Assembly: GCA_963766075.1 (NCBI GenBank) | Contig: CAVYAN010000014.1 | Location: forward strand, 1-11,019 | Length of the DNA stretch: 11,019 nt | From: an uncultured cyanobacterium | GTDB lineage: Bacteria; Cyanobacteriota; Cyanobacteriia; Leptolyngbyales; Leptolyngbyaceae | Direction of reading: 5' to 3' | Shown: piece after piece, positions 8,819-11,019 of the stretch | Numbering within the stretch: position 1 is the first letter of the stretch | Layout of the letters: the number at the start of each line of letters is the position of its first letter | Notes under the pieces: generated by a model | Seen by the model: only the letters and a program-made list of their open reading frames with translations | Told to the model about the DNA's origin: nothing | Databases searched by the model: none | Position numbers and translations under genes: made by a program

Positions 8819-9912
8819 ATGTCGCATTTGTCCCCCCTGTTTGTCCTTGTGCCCAGACTGCCCCCGGCTGTAGATGGTCTAGGTGACTATGGCTTTTACC
8901 TGGCTCAGCAAATCTATCAAGACCAGGGCTGGCAGACGCATTTTCTGGTGGGTGATCCCAGTTGGAGCGGGAAGTCGCGGGGGGAGTGGTTCCAGGCCAC
9001 TGCTGTCGCCCAGCGATCAACTGCCGCGCTGGAAGCGGTGTTGCCGTCTCCGCCTGCTGTGCTATTGCTACACTATGTTGGCCATGGGTATGCCCCACGG
9101 GGGTGTCCTGTTTGGCTGGTGCAGGCGCTAGAACGCTGGTGTGCGGCAGGGGGGCGGTTAGTTACGATGTTTCACGAACTTTATGCTACGGAACCGCTGT
9201 GGAGTAGCGTTCTGTTCACATCCATCCCCCAAAAGCGGTTGGCAGTCCGATTAATGCGGCTGAGTGAGATCTGTCTGACCAATTGCCAAAACTACGCCAC
9301 AAAAATTTGTCGTTTCAGTCGTCATCAGCCTCAACAGGTTTCAACCTTGCCCATTTTTTCTAATATTGGGGAAGTCCGGGAGCCCTTGCCCTTGAGTAAA
9401 CGTTCCCTTCGCTTGGTGATATTTGGTGGCAAGGGGACGCGGTTACGGGTGTATCAGCGATCGCACAGGGCGTTAGCTGCCGTCTGTGAGACCCTCAAGA
9501 TTCAAGAGATTCTCGATATTGGTCCGCCTCTCGACCAGCCTTTAGAATTCCTGACGGGTATTCCGATTCATGCTTTGGGGATACAATCGGCCCAGGAAAT
9601 TAGTCAGGTGCTGGGCACGGCGATCGCAGGTTTCTTAAATTATCCGACGGCTTATTTAGGAAAGTCGGGAATTTTTGCCGCTTATTGTGCACATGGGGTG
9701 ATTCCCATTGTGGCTACGGATGCCGTCGTTCAAGCGAATGGCTTGGCGGATGCGTGCACTATTGGCTCGCAGATGGGAAACTTGTCTTGGACTTGGAGGA
9801 GGGACAGGCGATTGCCCATGCTGCCCATACCTGGTATCAAGCTCATAATCTTAAAACACAAGCCCAAATCTTTGCGGAGGGTCTTCAGCGGTTACGCCCG
9901 ATGCCAGATTGA
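8819..9912 (+). CDS. Atypical GT-B (GT4-like) glycosyltransferase; one base missing near 9752 as sequenced
   Basis: N-terminal PRLPPAVDGLGDY, LLHYVGHGY, LVTMFHE, LPIFSNI and KSGIFAAYCAHG. Adding one G near 9752 joins NGLADG to VHYWLADGK...QAIAHAAHTWYQAHNLKTQAQIF (ORF 9685..9912), a plausible GT-B terminal helix, giving 364 aa. ATG 8819 is preferred over GTG 8741 because the conserved-looking domain starts just after it. Confidence 0.78.
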
Positions 9913-9959
9913 GGCTGTGGACCGATCCTTAATGCCATTTTTTTAGTTTAATCAGCCGT

Positions 9960-10496
9960 TTAGTTCAATAATCTGTCGTAATGAAGGGTATAGGTTAGAT
10001 CGCGGCAGCGAGTTCCAATCGGCTTAGCAGGTACCCCAGCCACAATCGTAAAGGGGAGGACATCGTGAGTAACGATGGCTCCTGCGGCAACGGCTGCCCC
10101 CTTACCAATCGTAATGCCAGGTAATACCATGGCTCGGGTGCCAATGAAAACATAGTCTTCAATCACAACGGGTCGCTCCCGCCCTGTAAAATCCGGACAC
10201 TGAAGATCATGATCAGCCGTCAGAATACAGACTTCAGCAGAAATCGAAACATTATCGCCAATTGATACTCTGCCTCGGGTATCAATCCGACATTTTGGGT
10301 TAATGACTGAATTATTTCCCATGTGATAGTTTTTGCGAGCATCAAAACAAGTTTGCATCAAAACAAAACTTCCCCGGCCAATCTTAAATCCCAGAATATG
10401 ACGATAGAACCACAGACGAACTCTGTGGGAAGGTAGGCGATTGACCCCATGATTTGCTAAGTATAGAATGCCCTCCACGATGAACCGCTTAATCAC
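9960..10496 (-). CDS. Hexapeptide-repeat (LbH) acyltransferase, WcaF/maltose O-acetyltransferase-like; probable polysaccharide O-acetyltransferase
   Basis: Motifs [21 protein letters not shown] and [52 protein letters not shown]. An in-frame GTG at 10496 has AGGAG 7 nt upstream, giving 178 aa. Confidence 0.9.
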   Translation of the reverse strand: MIKRFIVEGILYLANHGVNRLPSHRVRLWFYRHILGFKIGRGSFVLMQTCFDARKNYHMGNNSVINPKCRIDTRGRVSIGDNVSISAEVCILTADHDLQCPDFTGRERPVVIEDYVFIGTRAMVLPGITIGKGAAVAAGAIVTHDVLPFTIVAGVPAKPIGTRCRDLTYTLHYDRLLN

Positions 10497-10502
10497 AATA
10501 AA

Positions 10503-10509
10503 GCTCCTG
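10503..10509 (-). promoter_or_regulatory. Shine-Dalgarno-like site for the acyltransferase
   Basis: The minus strand reads CAGGAGCTTTATTGTG, placing AGGAG 7 nt before an in-frame GTG. Confidence 0.55.
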
Positions 10510-10539
10510 CTAAAGGGGGCAATGGAATTGTCGATGGAA

Positions 10540-10968
10540 CTAAATAGGGCGAGCCGGAACGCCCACAACAGTTTGCCCTGGTAAGACATCCTTGGTGACA
10601 ACGGCATTCGCCCCAATTTTCGCTCCTGTCCCAATGGTCAAACTTCGATTGCCTCTTCCCACTACCACGGCTCCCGCTCCAATCACTACATCATCTTCAA
10701 CGAAAATTTTGTGCTCGGAACCAATCCATGTTTCTGTAGCGAGGGTAACGTGCTGATAGATTCTTACACGATGCCCGATTTTAACATTGGCATGAATCAC
10801 GACGCCCAGCCCATAGTGGGAGAGTTCAATATCGCGCTCGATCTCGGCCTGGTAGGGTAAAATCGCATGAAATAGCAGGAAATTGATGGTTTTTAGAAAC
10901 TGAGCTATTGGATAGAGCTTTCGCTGGTGGGCTTGACAACTGAGCCACCACAAGAATAATGGATTCAT
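10540..10968 (-). CDS. Short serine O-acetyltransferase-like LbH protein (WcaB/CysE-like), 142 aa
   Basis: Motifs [29 protein letters not shown] and [31 protein letters not shown]. It lacks the long N-terminal helical domain of canonical CysE. Confidence 0.9.
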   Translation of the reverse strand: MNPLFLWWLSCQAHQRKLYPIAQFLKTINFLLFHAILPYQAEIERDIELSHYGLGVVIHANVKIGHRVRIYQHVTLATETWIGSEHKIFVEDDVVIGAGAVVVGRGNRSLTIGTGAKIGANAVVTKDVLPGQTVVGVPARPI

Positions 10969-11019
10969 TGGTGTAATTGACTCATTAATGGCGTAAATGT
11001 TGGAACATTTAATTCAGTC

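Larger units (their letters stand above)
170..9627. repeat. HIP1 octamer GCGATCGC, 13 dispersed perfect copies
   Basis: Counted by eye, starting at 170, 1089, 1155, 1263, 2924, 4425, 4465, 4677, 5045, 5771, 8087, 9457 and 9620. About 0.2 copies are expected by chance in 11 kb. HIP1 enrichment is a hallmark of many cyanobacterial genomes. Confidence 0.9.

Noticed and set aside
1079..9755. Programmed ribosomal frameshifting or contingency-locus phase variation
   Set aside because: I saw no X XXY YYZ slippery heptamers or long tracts at the break points. The shifts are in mixed directions.
9752..9946. C-terminus of ORF 8741..9946 as translated (ACTIGSQMG...MPFF)
   Set aside because: It looks off-frame. 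The alternative frame ending at 9912 gives a more typical GT-B C-terminal helix.
10497..10634. 46-aa N-terminal extension of the acyltransferase ORF
   Set aside because: It overlaps the upstream gene by 95 nt in another frame. A GTG with an AGGAG site at 10496 is a better start.
1..11019. CRISPR array, IS/transposase, tRNA/rRNA or defence system
   Set aside because: I saw no regularly spaced repeats, terminal inverted repeats with a transposase, or structural RNA signatures. All long ORFs are explained as glycan enzymes.

Overview
This window is a surface-polysaccharide (EPS/LPS-type) biosynthesis region, almost certainly cyanobacterial: I counted 13 perfect HIP1 octamers (GCGATCGC) in 11 kb. 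It holds ten genes. On the + strand is a WecA/TagO/MraY-family polyprenyl-phosphate sugar-1-phosphate transferase. A minus-strand run contains a SAM methyltransferase, four GT4 glycosyltransferases (two are tandem paralogues) and a low-GC GT2. A divergent, atypical GT-B gene lies on the + strand, followed by two minus-strand hexapeptide-repeat (left-handed beta-helix) acyltransferases. Four genes are interrupted by five single-base indels, mostly in short homopolymers and with no in-frame stops. This pattern fits long-read sequencing error best. I see no RNA genes, CRISPR array, mobile element, flippase, polymerase or exporter. I found no clear evidence of a fundamentally new system. The best leads are the uncharacterised methylated/acetylated glycan pathway, a perfect hairpin and recurring CCGTR/YACGG sites in the promoter regions, and compositional mosaicism.
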